Shown piece after piece: positions 22,924 to 32,265 of a DNA stretch of 64,000 nt. This stretch comes from an uncultured cyanobacterium (GTDB lineage: Bacteria > Cyanobacteriota > Cyanobacteriia > Cyanobacteriales > Nostocaceae). Each line of letters opens with the position of its first letter. The first letter of the stretch is position 1. The notes beneath the pieces were generated by a model. That model saw only the letters and a program-made list of their open reading frames with translations, did no database searches and was not told the DNA's origin. The stretch lies in the NCBI GenBank assembly GCA_963706595.1, contig OY970166.1:1034117-1098116 (forward strand), written 5' to 3'. The position numbers and the translations under genes were made by a program.

Positions 22924-24444
22924 ATGGCTAACTTAGAAAAAATTTTTGATGAATTACCCCAACTTGTTCTTCATCTGAAGTTGAATCTTGGGAATTCACA
23001 CGAAATTATGGAACAAATTATCCTGATTAATAATATTCAGGATCAACTACGTCTCCAGCAAAAAACCATTATTGAAGAACTCAGCTTTGTCAAACTTAAT
23101 AATTATTCAATTCATACCCTCCCTCGTATTGGTACAATAGCAAGTCTGTTTCTGACTCATATTTGTGTATTAGAGACAGATACTAATGCTAGAACAAAAT
23201 ATATTACCGCAAAATTTGGCAATCCTTACACAGAAATATCACTTAATGACTTACAATCAAAAATTGATTATTGGATTGAATGGGGTGATCTTCTTCATGT
23301 TATATCTGCCGATATTTTAAATAAACCTGAATTAGTCAGTCAACTAAATTCTGATAGTCATTATGCCAATTTACCTGTTCAAGTGCAAAAAGTTAGTCAA
23401 AACTTAAAATTTAACTTAGCATTTACCAACCCTGAGATTTTACAGCAGCAACTCCAGCAACTTAACAATACTCAAGCAGAAGCTTTGCAGGTAAAAGAGA
23501 AATTAAATTATATTTTTAATACAATTAAGAGTAGCCCTGATTTGTTAACAATTTTGTTAGGTGTATCATCTTTTTGTGGTAAATCTGGCTTGAGCTTAGA
23601 ATGGTGGGATGATGATCAAGAATTAATTATATCTAGTGATGGTAAATTTCATGAATTAACAGATATTCTCAATGAATCTGAAAAATTACAGGAAACTATT
23701 AATACTTTAATTATCAAGATTAATACTTTAACACAACAGGCAGAACATTCACTGAGACAGTTTACACCAGAAACTCCGCCAGAACCAGAAACTCCGCCAA
23801 AAGCAATCATTCATCATCCAAAAAAAGTCATACCAAAAAATAGATCATCAAAAGTATTTCCTCTGAATTTAACCATAGTTTCAAGTTTACTATTCTTGGT
23901 TTTTAGTGGCTGGATAATTAATCACAAAGTTCCATTTTTTCAGCAAACAATATTGATTTCCAGTCAGGAAACCACAGCAGCTACTAACTTTAAATCTGCC
24001 CTCAGACTTGGTTTAGAAGCTTCCAATTTGGTAAAAAATCCGCCGCATTCTTTAAGCCTATGGGAACAAGCAGAAACCAAATGGGAACAAGCAATAGAAT
24101 TGTTAACCACTATCCCTGAAGGTACATCTGTGTATACTCCCGCAACTGAGAGATTAGTTGTCTATCGCCTTAACCGAACTGCTATCAATAAAAGAGCATT
24201 AAGCGAAAAACAAGCCCAAGAAAATTTCCAACAAGCCCAAAAGTTGGCAACAGAAGCTACTTTTTTTGTAAAAAGTTCACCTCAATCATTGTCAAATTTA
24301 ACCGAAGCAAAAAATAAATTACAGCAAGCAATCAATATTTTAGAAAATATTCCCAAAAGTGTCTCTATTTATCAACAAGCTCAAGAAATGCTTCCTACTT
24401 ATAAAACTAGCTATGCAAGTATTAAGATTATCATTAAAGATTAA
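22924..24444 (+). CDS. hypothetical single-pass membrane protein with a repeated C-terminal domain
   Basis: 506 aa and visibly AT-rich. Layout is an N-terminal cytoplasmic region, a PETPPEPETPP linker, a TM helix, then two W/LxxAxxxWxxAIxxLxxIPxxxSxY repeats. Confidence 0.5.
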   Translation: MANLEKIFDELPQLVLHLKLNLGNSHEIMEQIILINNIQDQLRLQQKTIIEELSFVKLNNYSIHTLPRIGTIASLFLTHICVLETDTNARTKYITAKFGNPYTEISLNDLQSKIDYWIEWGDLLHVISADILNKPELVSQLNSDSHYANLPVQVQKVSQNLKFNLAFTNPEILQQQLQQLNNTQAEALQVKEKLNYIFNTIKSSPDLLTILLGVSSFCGKSGLSLEWWDDDQELIISSDGKFHELTDILNESEKLQETINTLIIKINTLTQQAEHSLRQFTPETPPEPETPPKAIIHHPKKVIPKNRSSKVFPLNLTIVSSLLFLVFSGWIINHKVPFFQQTILISSQETTAATNFKSALRLGLEASNLVKNPPHSLSLWEQAETKWEQAIELLTTIPEGTSVYTPATERLVVYRLNRTAINKRALSEKQAQENFQQAQKLATEATFFVKSSPQSLSNLTEAKNKLQQAINILENIPKSVSIYQQAQEMLPTYKTSYASIKIIIKD

Positions 24445-24485
24445 GTTTTTATCCAACTCAACATGAAAACTGCTTGCAGAAAAGA

Positions 24486-25109
24486 TTACAAATTACTTCC
24501 TACTTGAAAAATTTGATCCACAGTCAAATTTAACTCTGGGAACACTGGCGATTGAATGCAATCGCTTCCCCGAAACTGGCTAACTTGATACTCACCTTCA
24601 ATGAGTTGGTATACAGAAATAGTCGGTTGTTTGGGATTACCGATAAATTTTCTTCCCCCTAAAGCTAGATAATCCACTACCCAATATTCAGGAATACCCA
24701 TTTCCTCGTAATCAGCTAACTTTTTGTAGTAATCATCTCGCCAATTACTACTAACCACTTCAATCACCAATGGCGCTGATGCACCTTGAGTAACAGTTGA
24801 TTGTTTTTTCCACAACTCTTCATTTACCAAATTAGCCCGGTTCAATATCAAAACATCTGGTAAATAAGCTGATTCGCTTTCAGGTGGTTTAACTAATGCT
24901 TGTTTAGGGATAGTATAGGGAAGATCCAATCTGTCAAATTCTACAGTGATTTTTCTGGCTAAAAACCCTGTAACTTCTTCATGTTCTCCTAATGGTTGTG
25001 GCATTTCAAAAATTACTCCATCATGTAATTCATAGCGTCTACCTTCAGGTTTCCACTCGACAAACTCTGCATAAGTTACTACTTTGGGTTTGGTTATGGC
25101 TTGAGTCAT
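24486..25109 (-). CDS. Uma2 (DUF820) family endonuclease
   Basis: YELHDGVIFEMP...PDVLIL...VIEVVSS...YEEMGIPEYWVVD fits the PD-(D/E)xK Uma2 pattern. Confidence 0.75.
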   Translation of the reverse strand: MTQAITKPKVVTYAEFVEWKPEGRRYELHDGVIFEMPQPLGEHEEVTGFLARKITVEFDRLDLPYTIPKQALVKPPESESAYLPDVLILNRANLVNEELWKKQSTVTQGASAPLVIEVVSSNWRDDYYKKLADYEEMGIPEYWVVDYLALGGRKFIGNPKQPTISVYQLIEGEYQVSQFRGSDCIQSPVFPELNLTVDQIFQVGSNL

Positions 25110-25162
25110 AAAACCTCATCTATCAGTTAACAGTTAACAGTTATCAGTTAAGTGAGATACAA

Positions 25163-25208
25163 GAACCCCACCCCCAACCCCCTCCCCGCAAGCGAGGAGG
25201 GGGCTATG
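25163..25208 (+). repeat. dispersed hairpin repeat, family A
   Basis: Flanked on both sides by (ACTGATA/CAGTTAA)n heptamer tracts. Confidence 0.85.
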
Positions 25209-25326
25209 ATGTACTTCATTGAAGTCGATACCGCTATATCAGTGAACAGTGAACAGTTATCAAGTATATGTAGGGTGTGTTTCATAAATCCAATATGAGT
25301 CCTATAACTGATAACTGATAACTGAT

Positions 25327-26154
25327 TTAAACTTTTGTGCGGTCTGTCAAAATTTCGTAACCTGTTTCTGTCACCAAGACTGTATGCTCAAACTGGGCGG
25401 ATAGGGAATTATCTACAGTTACAGCCGTCCATCTGTCAGATAATATTCTGGTGTGCTTAGAACCTGCATTCAAAATTGGTTCAATTGCTAAGGTCATCCC
25501 GGCGCGAAGTTTCACATTGGGCATTTCGCGGGTGCGGAAGTTGAAAACTGATGGTTCTTCGTGTAAATTCCGACCAACACCATGTCCGGTAAATTCTTCA
25601 ACTACACTGAAACCATTACCTTTTACATGGTCTTCTATTGCTCCTGCCAAGTCCAGCAAATAAGCGCCTGCTTTGACTTGTTCAATACCTTTAAAAAGAG
25701 CTTCTTCAGCTATGCGAATTAATTTAGCAGCATCTGGTGTTACTTCACCCACGGCAATTGTAATGCAGGAATCACCATGAAAACCTTGATAATAAGCACC
25801 TGTATCTACTTTTAATACATCCCCAGTGCGAATTACTTTCTTAGCATTGGGAATGCCATGCACGACTTCATTATTAATACTAGAGCAAATAGAACCCTTA
25901 AAACCGTGATATCCCTTAAAGCTGGGTGTAGCATCCATTTCGCGGATACGTTTTTCTGCATAAGCATCTAAATCTGCTGTACTCATTCCTGGTTTTACCA
26001 TTTCAGAAATTTCTTTGAGTACAGTAGCGACAATTTTTCCTGATTGCCGCATAATGTCAATTTCACGCGGCGATTTAATTTCAATACCCCGACGTTGTTT
26101 TTGTGCAGGTTTAGGCTGGGTTTTTTGAGCAAGCAAATTAGTGAGAATGTTCAT
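25327..26154 (-). CDS. map: type I methionyl aminopeptidase
   Basis: Map sequence is conserved (VVHGIP, D..GDSC, HGVGR, EPxL, EHT). Confidence 0.95.
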   Translation of the reverse strand: MNILTNLLAQKTQPKPAQKQRRGIEIKSPREIDIMRQSGKIVATVLKEISEMVKPGMSTADLDAYAEKRIREMDATPSFKGYHGFKGSICSSINNEVVHGIPNAKKVIRTGDVLKVDTGAYYQGFHGDSCITIAVGEVTPDAAKLIRIAEEALFKGIEQVKAGAYLLDLAGAIEDHVKGNGFSVVEEFTGHGVGRNLHEEPSVFNFRTREMPNVKLRAGMTLAIEPILNAGSKHTRILSDRWTAVTVDNSLSAQFEHTVLVTETGYEILTDRTKV

Positions 26155-26366
26155 GGGGAGTGAATAATTACTGATGTTTTACTACTACAATCGCCGGATT
26201 TTTTCTTAATTGAAAAACAATATCTATAATTTAAGTTAACGTATTTTTGCTCCAGGCTCTGCTAATTCTGGGGACGGTTGACGATTGACTGGGCTTTTCC
26301 CCACTCCCCCGGTTACTGAGCGACTTGTACTGAGCGAAGTCGAAGTAAGTCGAAGTAACTCCCCAC

Positions 26367-26876
26367 TCATCGGATAGCAATTTCACCAATCATACCTGCT
26401 TCTGTATGTCCTGGGATGGAACAGTGCAATTTATAGCTTCCTGGTTTCATGGGTACAAACACCCATTCTGCTTCACCACCTGGCTTGAGTTCTAGTTCAT
26501 GAATTGCGCCTTTAACTTCTACTTTGCCTGCTTGGACTTTTTGTGTCCAGATACCATCGGCAAAGTCTTTGGCGGTGAAATAATGCTTCAATTGGCTGGG
26601 ATTATTCAGGCGCAGTAGATAGCGTTTACCGGGGACAAATTCTAAATAATCGGGTTCAAACTTGAGTTCGTTAGCAGAATTACCTAAACTAATTGTAATT
26701 TCTGTGGCTGGTTGTTTGAGTAAATTGTCTGGAGAATTAGCGGCGATCGCCTGCTCATTACTCCCAAAACCCAGGCACAGTAACAAAAATACTACAGTTA
26801 ATCGCCGAATTGTTTGCAGCCTAGCCAGAATAAACGGGTATAAAATTTTTTGAATTTCTTTAAATAACCAAGTCAT
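26367..26876 (-). CDS. cupredoxin (plastocyanin/azurin-like) domain protein
   Basis: Signal/TM segment plus a C-terminal type-1 copper ligand set HCSIPGHTEAGM. Confidence 0.65.
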   Translation of the reverse strand: MTWLFKEIQKILYPFILARLQTIRRLTVVFLLLCLGFGSNEQAIAANSPDNLLKQPATEITISLGNSANELKFEPDYLEFVPGKRYLLRLNNPSQLKHYFTAKDFADGIWTQKVQAGKVEVKGAIHELELKPGGEAEWVFVPMKPGSYKLHCSIPGHTEAGMIGEIAIR

Positions 26877-26896
26877 TATTATTCAGTAGTCCTCAA

Positions 26897-27331
26897 TTAC
26901 GAATTATTAATTGTAGCCATACACCTAATAAATTCTAAAGGTAAACCATCAGTATCAGCAATAAAAGCTACCTCCCAGATGCGATCGCCTATTTGCTGCT
27001 GCGTCGGTTCTAATAGTATTTTCAGGGGTGGTAAATCTGCCACCGCATCTACACATAATTGTAAATTTGTCAACCAGCTAGGTAAATCTGATGTAATATC
27101 AGTTAAATCAAAAGACAGATGATAATAGCCCACATAATGTTCATCTGTAAACGCATCCGGGGCTGGTTTCGGTTCAGGAATTTGGATTAATTCAATTCTG
27201 CCATTTAGCCCTTCCATCCAGCAAGCCAGAGTATAACCTGTGGTGAAGCGTTCACAAACTGTAAAGCCTAATTGTTCATAAAAGGCGATCGCGCGATGAA
27301 TATTCGCAGTCCGAATCGAAGCATGGTGCAT
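26897..27331 (-). CDS. VOC/glyoxalase family protein
   Basis: MHHASIRTANIHRAIAFYEQLGF matches the VOC N-terminus. Confidence 0.7.
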   Translation of the reverse strand: MHHASIRTANIHRAIAFYEQLGFTVCERFTTGYTLACWMEGLNGRIELIQIPEPKPAPDAFTDEHYVGYYHLSFDLTDITSDLPSWLTNLQLCVDAVADLPPLKILLEPTQQQIGDRIWEVAFIADTDGLPLEFIRCMATINNS

Positions 27332-27374
27332 AATTTAGTCATTAGTCATTAGTCACTAGTCATTAGTCATTATT

Positions 27375-27415
27375 GCTCCCCTCCTCGCTTGCGGGGAGGG
27401 GCTGGGGGTGGGGTG
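27375..27415 (-). repeat. dispersed hairpin repeat, family A
   Basis: Reverse-orientation copy next to a (TAGTCAT)n tract. Confidence 0.85.
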
Positions 27416-27465
27416 ATTGATTTAATAGCCACTGGGTTTATACTCAGCACTCAGCACTTCCCACC

Positions 27466-27978
27466 TTACTCAAACAAGCGAAAATAAGGATAACGTACAG
27501 GGACACCAGGCTCTTTTTCCAAATCAAAATTAATCACATCCCAACAAGGATCTTCCCCACCATCTGGACTAAAATCCACAGGCAGTCCGTATAATCTTGC
27601 ATAGGTAGTTTCCGGCTGTCCAGAACGCCAAGGAGTGCTGCGTTCTAAATAGCCACTCATCATTTCCTGATAACGTGCAGCAATAATTACTCGTGTTGCT
27701 CTGTAACCTTGAGTGTATAGCTTATCCAGTGCCTCGTGGATTTCAAAGCGAATCCCATCAGGATGGGTATGCTGTCTATACCAATCATTATTCCAACGTC
27801 GCCAATGACGACCCGACTGTAGATGAACTAACTCTTCAGTTTTAGGGTCAGCCTCAAAAGCACCGTGTCGGGGACACAAATAGGTATCTGTTAGTGTCAA
27901 CGCCGGAATAGTCTGACGACAGTGGGGACACTGAATGTCAGGGCCAAATATAGGGTACTGCAAGCCTGGATTCATCAT
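27466..27978 (-). CDS. conserved cyanobacterial hypothetical protein with an N-terminal zinc-ribbon-like motif
   Basis: Has CPHC...CPRH at the N-terminus. 170 aa. Family name not assigned. Confidence 0.5.
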   Translation of the reverse strand: MMNPGLQYPIFGPDIQCPHCRQTIPALTLTDTYLCPRHGAFEADPKTEELVHLQSGRHWRRWNNDWYRQHTHPDGIRFEIHEALDKLYTQGYRATRVIIAARYQEMMSGYLERSTPWRSGQPETTYARLYGLPVDFSPDGGEDPCWDVINFDLEKEPGVPVRYPYFRLFE

Positions 27979-28216
27979 GAAGTGCGTACAAACATAGTTT
28001 CGTCTTCACCAGCACCAGTGAGTTGAATTTTACAATTCGGCTTCTCTATTTTCAAGGCTGGCTCGTTGCTGCAAAGAAACGGAGTTACAGCATGAGCAAT
28101 TTTCACTAGCATCAGACTCAGTTGAGAGACCTGACACCGTGATATCCTGGTTGTGCAACCAGCCTCAAACGTGAGAGTTTCAAAGAGTTTCCTGGGTACC
28201 ATATTCATATTCTATC

Positions 28217-28747
28217 GTGTCTACAGTTTCTTACTGGCCATCTCCCGATTTTTCTCAAGCAGTCTTCATTGCAGCCAACGCTGTCATCATCGGTTCGGTA
28301 AACATTCAAGCCGGGGCGAGCATCTGGTATGGTGCAGTCGTGAGGGGAGATGTAGAACGAATTGATCTTGGCGAATGTACAAACATTCAGGATGGGGCAG
28401 TTTTACATGGTGATCCAGGTTTGCCCACAATTTTAGAAGATCATGTCACCGTCGGGCATCGTGCTGTCATTCATTCCGCCTACATTGAACGTGGCTGCTT
28501 AATTGGCATTGGGGCGATTATTTTAGATGGGGTCAGAGTCGGTCATGGTAGTATTATTGGAGCTGGCTCAGTCGTCACTAAAAACATTCCCCCCCACTCG
28601 CTGGTTGTGGGTGTTCCCGGTAAAGTATTGCGCCAAATTTCCGCAGAGGAAGCCGCAGAATTGATCGAACACGCCGAACGTTACAAAAAGTTAGCTTTGG
28701 TTCATGCGGGAAAAGGAAATGATCTCGGCTTTCACCCAAAGAAATAG
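28217..28747 (+). CDS. gamma-carbonic-anhydrase-like hexapeptide-repeat protein
   Basis: Left-handed beta-helix repeats with the IWYGAVVRGD...NIQDGAVLH pattern. GTG start. Confidence 0.8.
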   Translation: MSTVSYWPSPDFSQAVFIAANAVIIGSVNIQAGASIWYGAVVRGDVERIDLGECTNIQDGAVLHGDPGLPTILEDHVTVGHRAVIHSAYIERGCLIGIGAIILDGVRVGHGSIIGAGSVVTKNIPPHSLVVGVPGKVLRQISAEEAAELIEHAERYKKLALVHAGKGNDLGFHPKK

Positions 28748-28838
28748 CTCAAAACATTGTAATATAACTATATATTGGTCAGGTAACACCAGACAATAAA
28801 TAAGACTTTTATTTTCACTTAAAAGAGGGGTTCTAGAA

Positions 28839-28964
28839 ATGGATATCGATTACCGTATTGCCATCGTTGTTGCACCAATTGCCATTGCTGGTGCTTGGGC
28901 TGCTTTTAACATTGGAGCCGCAGCTTTAAGACAAGTGCAAAACTTTTTGAACAAAGAAGCATAA
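28839..28964 (+). CDS. psbY: photosystem II protein Y
   Basis: 41-aa [44 protein letters not shown]. It is a single TM helix with the PsbY-like WAAxNIGxAAxRQ core, has GAGGGG 12 nt upstream, and is too short for the ORF track. Confidence 0.75.
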   Translation: MDIDYRIAIVVAPIAIAGAWAAFNIGAAALRQVQNFLNKEA

Positions 28965-28986
28965 GCTTAATCACAATCATCCATCT

Positions 28987-29025
28987 AAAACCGGCTGTTT
29001 CTCTAATCAAGGGAAGCCGGTTTTA
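28987..29025 (+). terminator. rho-independent terminator candidate after psbY
   Basis: Stem AAACCGGC / GCCGGTTT with a ~19-nt loop, followed by TTTTATT. Confidence 0.5.
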
Positions 29026-29128
29026 TTGCAAAGTGCTGAGTGCTTATTCCTAACTAAGCCTCTTCTCCCCTGCCCCCTGCCCCCTGCCCCCCTGCTTCTT
29101 CTCCCCTGCCCCCCTGCCTCTTCTGCTT

Positions 29129-30391
29129 GTGGATATCAACTCTTTACTCCAACCCTTTGGGCGTTTCGGCGTTAATTTAGGACTGTCGCGCATTATCAAA
29201 CTGTTGGCAAATCTCGGCAACCCTCACCAGCAAGTTCCAGTCATTCATGTTGCCGGCACTAACGGCAAAGGTTCGGTTTGTGCTTATCTTGACTCTATAC
29301 TGACTGAGGCTGGTTATCGTACAGGATGTTATACCTCTCCTCATTTAGTCCATTGGACAGAACGCATTAGCATCAACAAACAGCCAATTTCCTCTGAGGA
29401 ATTTAGCCAATTAATCTTACAAGTTCAAGACGCTATTCAACCTGATGATGAGTACCCGACTCAGTTTGAAGTGATTACCGCAGCTGCTTGGTTGTATTTT
29501 GCTCAAGCTCAAGTTGATGTGGCTGTGGTAGAGGTGGGTTTAGGCGGGCGCTTGGATGCGACTAATGTTTGTGAGCAGCCGTTAGTGACAATAGTTACAT
29601 CAATTAGCCGTGAACACTGGCAGCAATTAGGACCGACTGTAGCTGATATTGCTAGAGAAAAAGCTGGTATTCTGAAATCAGGATGTCCGGTGATAGTTGG
29701 GCAGTTGCCACCAGAGGCGGAAAATGTGGTGCGATCGCGCGCCCAAGAATTACAATGCTCATATATTAAGCCTCAACCTGCCCATCAAATATCTCCCAGA
29801 TGGGCTGAGTATAAAACTATTAAAAATTCTCACATCCTTAAATATCCTCTACCATTACATGGGCAAATACAATTAACTAATTCTGCCTTGGCTTTAGCTG
29901 CTGTAGAAATTCTCCAAAACACAGGTTGGGAGATTTGTCAAGAGTCCATTGTGAATGGTATGAGCAAAACTCAATGGCCGGGGCGAATGCAATGGGTGAG
30001 TTGGAAACAACAAAAATTATTAATTGATGGCGCTCATAACCCAGCCGCAGCCCACGCACTGCGAGATTATATAGATAGCTTAGACACCCCTAAAATAACT
30101 TGGGTGATGGGAATGCTTTCTACTAAAGAGCATAAAGATATTTTTCAAGCTTTGTTGCGCTCATCGCATGACCAATTATATCTCGTCCCAGTACCAGATC
30201 ACAGTTCAGCCAATCCTCTGGAATTAGCCAAAATAGCTCGTGAAACCTGTCCAGAATTATCAGTGTGTGAAACTCATCCAGATTTATCATCAGCCCTAGA
30301 AGCAGCATTCACTTCCACAAATCATCAAGTTGTTTTGTGTGGTTCCCTTTACCTAATCGGGCATTTTTTCACAACTTTGCCCTCAAAGTAA
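29129..30391 (+). CDS. folC: folylpolyglutamate synthase / dihydrofolate synthase
   Basis: HVAGTNGKGS P-loop and Mur-ligase-like fold. GTG start. Confidence 0.9.
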   Translation: MDINSLLQPFGRFGVNLGLSRIIKLLANLGNPHQQVPVIHVAGTNGKGSVCAYLDSILTEAGYRTGCYTSPHLVHWTERISINKQPISSEEFSQLILQVQDAIQPDDEYPTQFEVITAAAWLYFAQAQVDVAVVEVGLGGRLDATNVCEQPLVTIVTSISREHWQQLGPTVADIAREKAGILKSGCPVIVGQLPPEAENVVRSRAQELQCSYIKPQPAHQISPRWAEYKTIKNSHILKYPLPLHGQIQLTNSALALAAVEILQNTGWEICQESIVNGMSKTQWPGRMQWVSWKQQKLLIDGAHNPAAAHALRDYIDSLDTPKITWVMGMLSTKEHKDIFQALLRSSHDQLYLVPVPDHSSANPLELAKIARETCPELSVCETHPDLSSALEAAFTSTNHQVVLCGSLYLIGHFFTTLPSK

Positions 30392-30417
30392 CTTTGAACT
30401 CCGGGTTTTACCCCCCT

Positions 30418-30610
30418 TAATCCCCCCTTGCAAAGGCTACGGTGTACACACAAGTCTTGAATTGTCTGTTGTGTCATAAGACCCCACCCCTAGCCCCTCC
30501 CCGCAAGCGAGGAGGGGAACAAGATTTTTGATTAAATCTGGTTTTTAGGGCTGGAAACTCTCTTTGGGTCAGGATTTGTGTACACTGTAGCTTGGAAAGG
30601 GGGGAGACCG
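30418..30610. mobile_element. MITE-like element with ~28-bp TIRs, carrying a nested family A hairpin
   Basis: Left end is CCCCCTTGCAAAGGCTACGGTGTACACACAA. Right end is TTGTGTACACTGTAGCTTGGAAAGGGGG. A family A repeat sits at 30480-30520 inside it, and an extra partial end copy lies at 30627-30660. Confidence 0.65.
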
Positions 30611-30735
30611 GAAAATCTAGTTACCTCCCCTTTCCAAGGAACCACCGTGTACGTGTGTAGGGTGTGTTGTCGCGTAGCGCAACGCACCATCTTCAATTAC
30701 TGGTGCGTTATGGACGTTAGTCCTAACGCACCCTA

Positions 30736-30840
30736 CTAGCGTGGCAAGGCTAAAATGTTGCAATAGATTTTTGAGAAAATTCAGATAAATCAATGTTTTC
30801 GGCTTTTTCCTAATGCACTACTTTAAGCTTGTCACGCCAC
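30736..30840 (+). mobile_element. 105-bp MITE derived from the adjacent IS630-family element (left copy)
   Basis: Its ends match the IS inverted repeats (CTAGCGTGGCAAGGCTAAAATGTTGCA... / ...TGCACTACTTTAAGCTTGTCACGCCAC). Bounded by TA at 30734-35 and 30841-42. Confidence 0.8.
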
Positions 30841-30899
30841 TACTGGTGTGACAAGCTTAAAATGTTGCATTAGAATGGAGGAAAAAAAAGGAGAAATTG

Positions 30900-31403
30900 A
30901 TGGGGAGAGGTCGGAGAGATAAAGTAATATTAGATACAGAAAAAAGACAAAGATTAGAAGCGATCGCGCGCAACGGATATGCCCCAGCCAAAAAAATATT
31001 GCACGCACAGGTGTTGTTAATGTGCGATGAGGGAGAGGGTGCAACGAAGAAATGGACAGATGAAGAAATAAGTATAGCCTTAAGGGTTCATCGCAATACG
31101 GTGGCAAGAATTAGGAAGAGGTTCCTTGAAAATGGAGAAGAACCTGCCTTAAATCGTTATCAGAGGTTAAAACCACCAAATCCCAGCAAAATAGATGGTT
31201 ATACTGAAGCCCAAATCATCGCATTATGTTGTTCTGAACCTCCCACGGGGCAAGCACACTGGAGTCTAAGATTACTGACGCAAGAAATTCAAAACCGAAA
31301 AATTGTCATAGAAATTTCTAGGGAGACGATTAGAAAGACATTAAAAAAAACAAATTACGCCCCTGGAAAACAGAAAGATTTTGTATTCCCGAACGGGATA
31401 TAG
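30900..31403 (+). CDS. IS630-family transposase, N-terminal HTH part (orfA)
   Basis: Helix-turn-helix rich, with AHWSLRLL as in IS630/Tc1 transposases. Ends shortly after an A8 run. Confidence 0.85.
   Translation: MGRGRRDKVILDTEKRQRLEAIARNGYAPAKKILHAQVLLMCDEGEGATKKWTDEEISIALRVHRNTVARIRKRFLENGEEPALNRYQRLKPPNPSKIDGYTEAQIIALCCSEPPTGQAHWSLRLLTQEIQNRKIVIEISRETIRKTLKKTNYAPGKQKDFVFPNGI
31343..31350 (+). other. A8 slippery run, candidate -1 frameshift site fusing orfA and orfB
   Basis: The orfB frame is -1 relative to orfA and is open from 31334. Read through the A-run, it gives KKNKLRPWKTERFCIPERDIARFVSQMEVVLDLY, the canonical IS630 junction sequence. Confidence 0.6.
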
Positions 31404-31420
31404 CACGTTTTGTCTCTCAA

Positions 31421-32077
31421 ATGGAAGTAGTTTTAGACCTCTACAGCCAAGAACATAGTGATTTGGAACCTTTAATCTGTATGGATGAAGCTTCTAGACA
31501 ATTAACAGGGCATCTTTATGAGCCAAAACCAATGGAACCGGGTGAAGATGCAAAAGAAGATTATCACTATACTCGCGAAGGAGTCCAAGCTTTGTTCATG
31601 TTTTTTGACCCAATCAGAGGTTGGCGACGTGTCAGCAATCGCGCTCATCGGACTCGTGTTGATTGGGCCGAAGAAGTCCGTCAACTATTAGATGAAGACT
31701 ATCCCCAAGCCACCAAGGTCAAATTGCTATGTGACAACCTCAACACTCATAGCATTGCATCGCTTTACGAAACTTTTCCCGCACCAGAAGCTCACCGCTT
31801 GGCTAGAAGACTTGAGATTTATTACACTCCTCGCAATGGAAGCTGGCTCAATGTTGCCGAGATTGAATTAAGCGTTTTAAGCCAACAGTGCCTAGACCGA
31901 CGAATTCCTAGTATTTGTCAACTATCTACAGAATTGACCGCTTGGCAAAACGAACGTAACCGCACCGCAGGTAAAGTTATTTGGCGTTTTACTACTGATG
32001 ATGCTCGTATCAAACTTAAACATCTTTACCCAGTGTTTGAAACTCACAAAATCGTTGATTCTAATGCACTATTTTAA
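31421..32077 (+). CDS. IS630-family transposase, DDE catalytic part (orfB)
   Basis: ICMDE...LLCDNLNTHS...YYTPRNGSWLNVAEIE fits the DD(34)E pattern. The stop lies inside the right IR. Confidence 0.85.
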   Translation: MEVVLDLYSQEHSDLEPLICMDEASRQLTGHLYEPKPMEPGEDAKEDYHYTREGVQALFMFFDPIRGWRRVSNRAHRTRVDWAEEVRQLLDEDYPQATKVKLLCDNLNTHSIASLYETFPAPEAHRLARRLEIYYTPRNGSWLNVAEIELSVLSQQCLDRRIPSICQLSTELTAWQNERNRTAGKVIWRFTTDDARIKLKHLYPVFETHKIVDSNALF

Positions 32078-32093
32078 GCTTGCCACGCTACTA

Positions 32094-32198
32094 CTGGCGT
32101 GACAAGGCTAAAATGTTGCAATAGATTTTTGAGAAAATTGAGATAAATCAATGTTTTCTGCTTTTGCCTAATGCACTACTTTAAGCTTGCCACGCCAC
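32094..32198 (+). mobile_element. 105-bp MITE derived from the IS630-family element (right copy)
   Basis: Same orientation as the left copy and differs from it at only a handful of positions. Bounded by TA at 32092-93 and 32199-200. Confidence 0.8.
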
Positions 32199-32265
32199 TA
32201 GACTAAAAACTACTGGACTAAAAACAGAATTTAACCGGAAATCCAGTTCCCCTCCTCGCTTGCGG

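Larger units (their letters stand above)
30843..32091 (+). mobile_element. IS630-family insertion sequence (1249 bp)
   Basis: ~30-bp imperfect terminal inverted repeats (GTGRCAAGCTTAAAATNNTGCATTAGAAT). TA dinucleotides on both sides. Two-ORF transposase. Confidence 0.88.
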
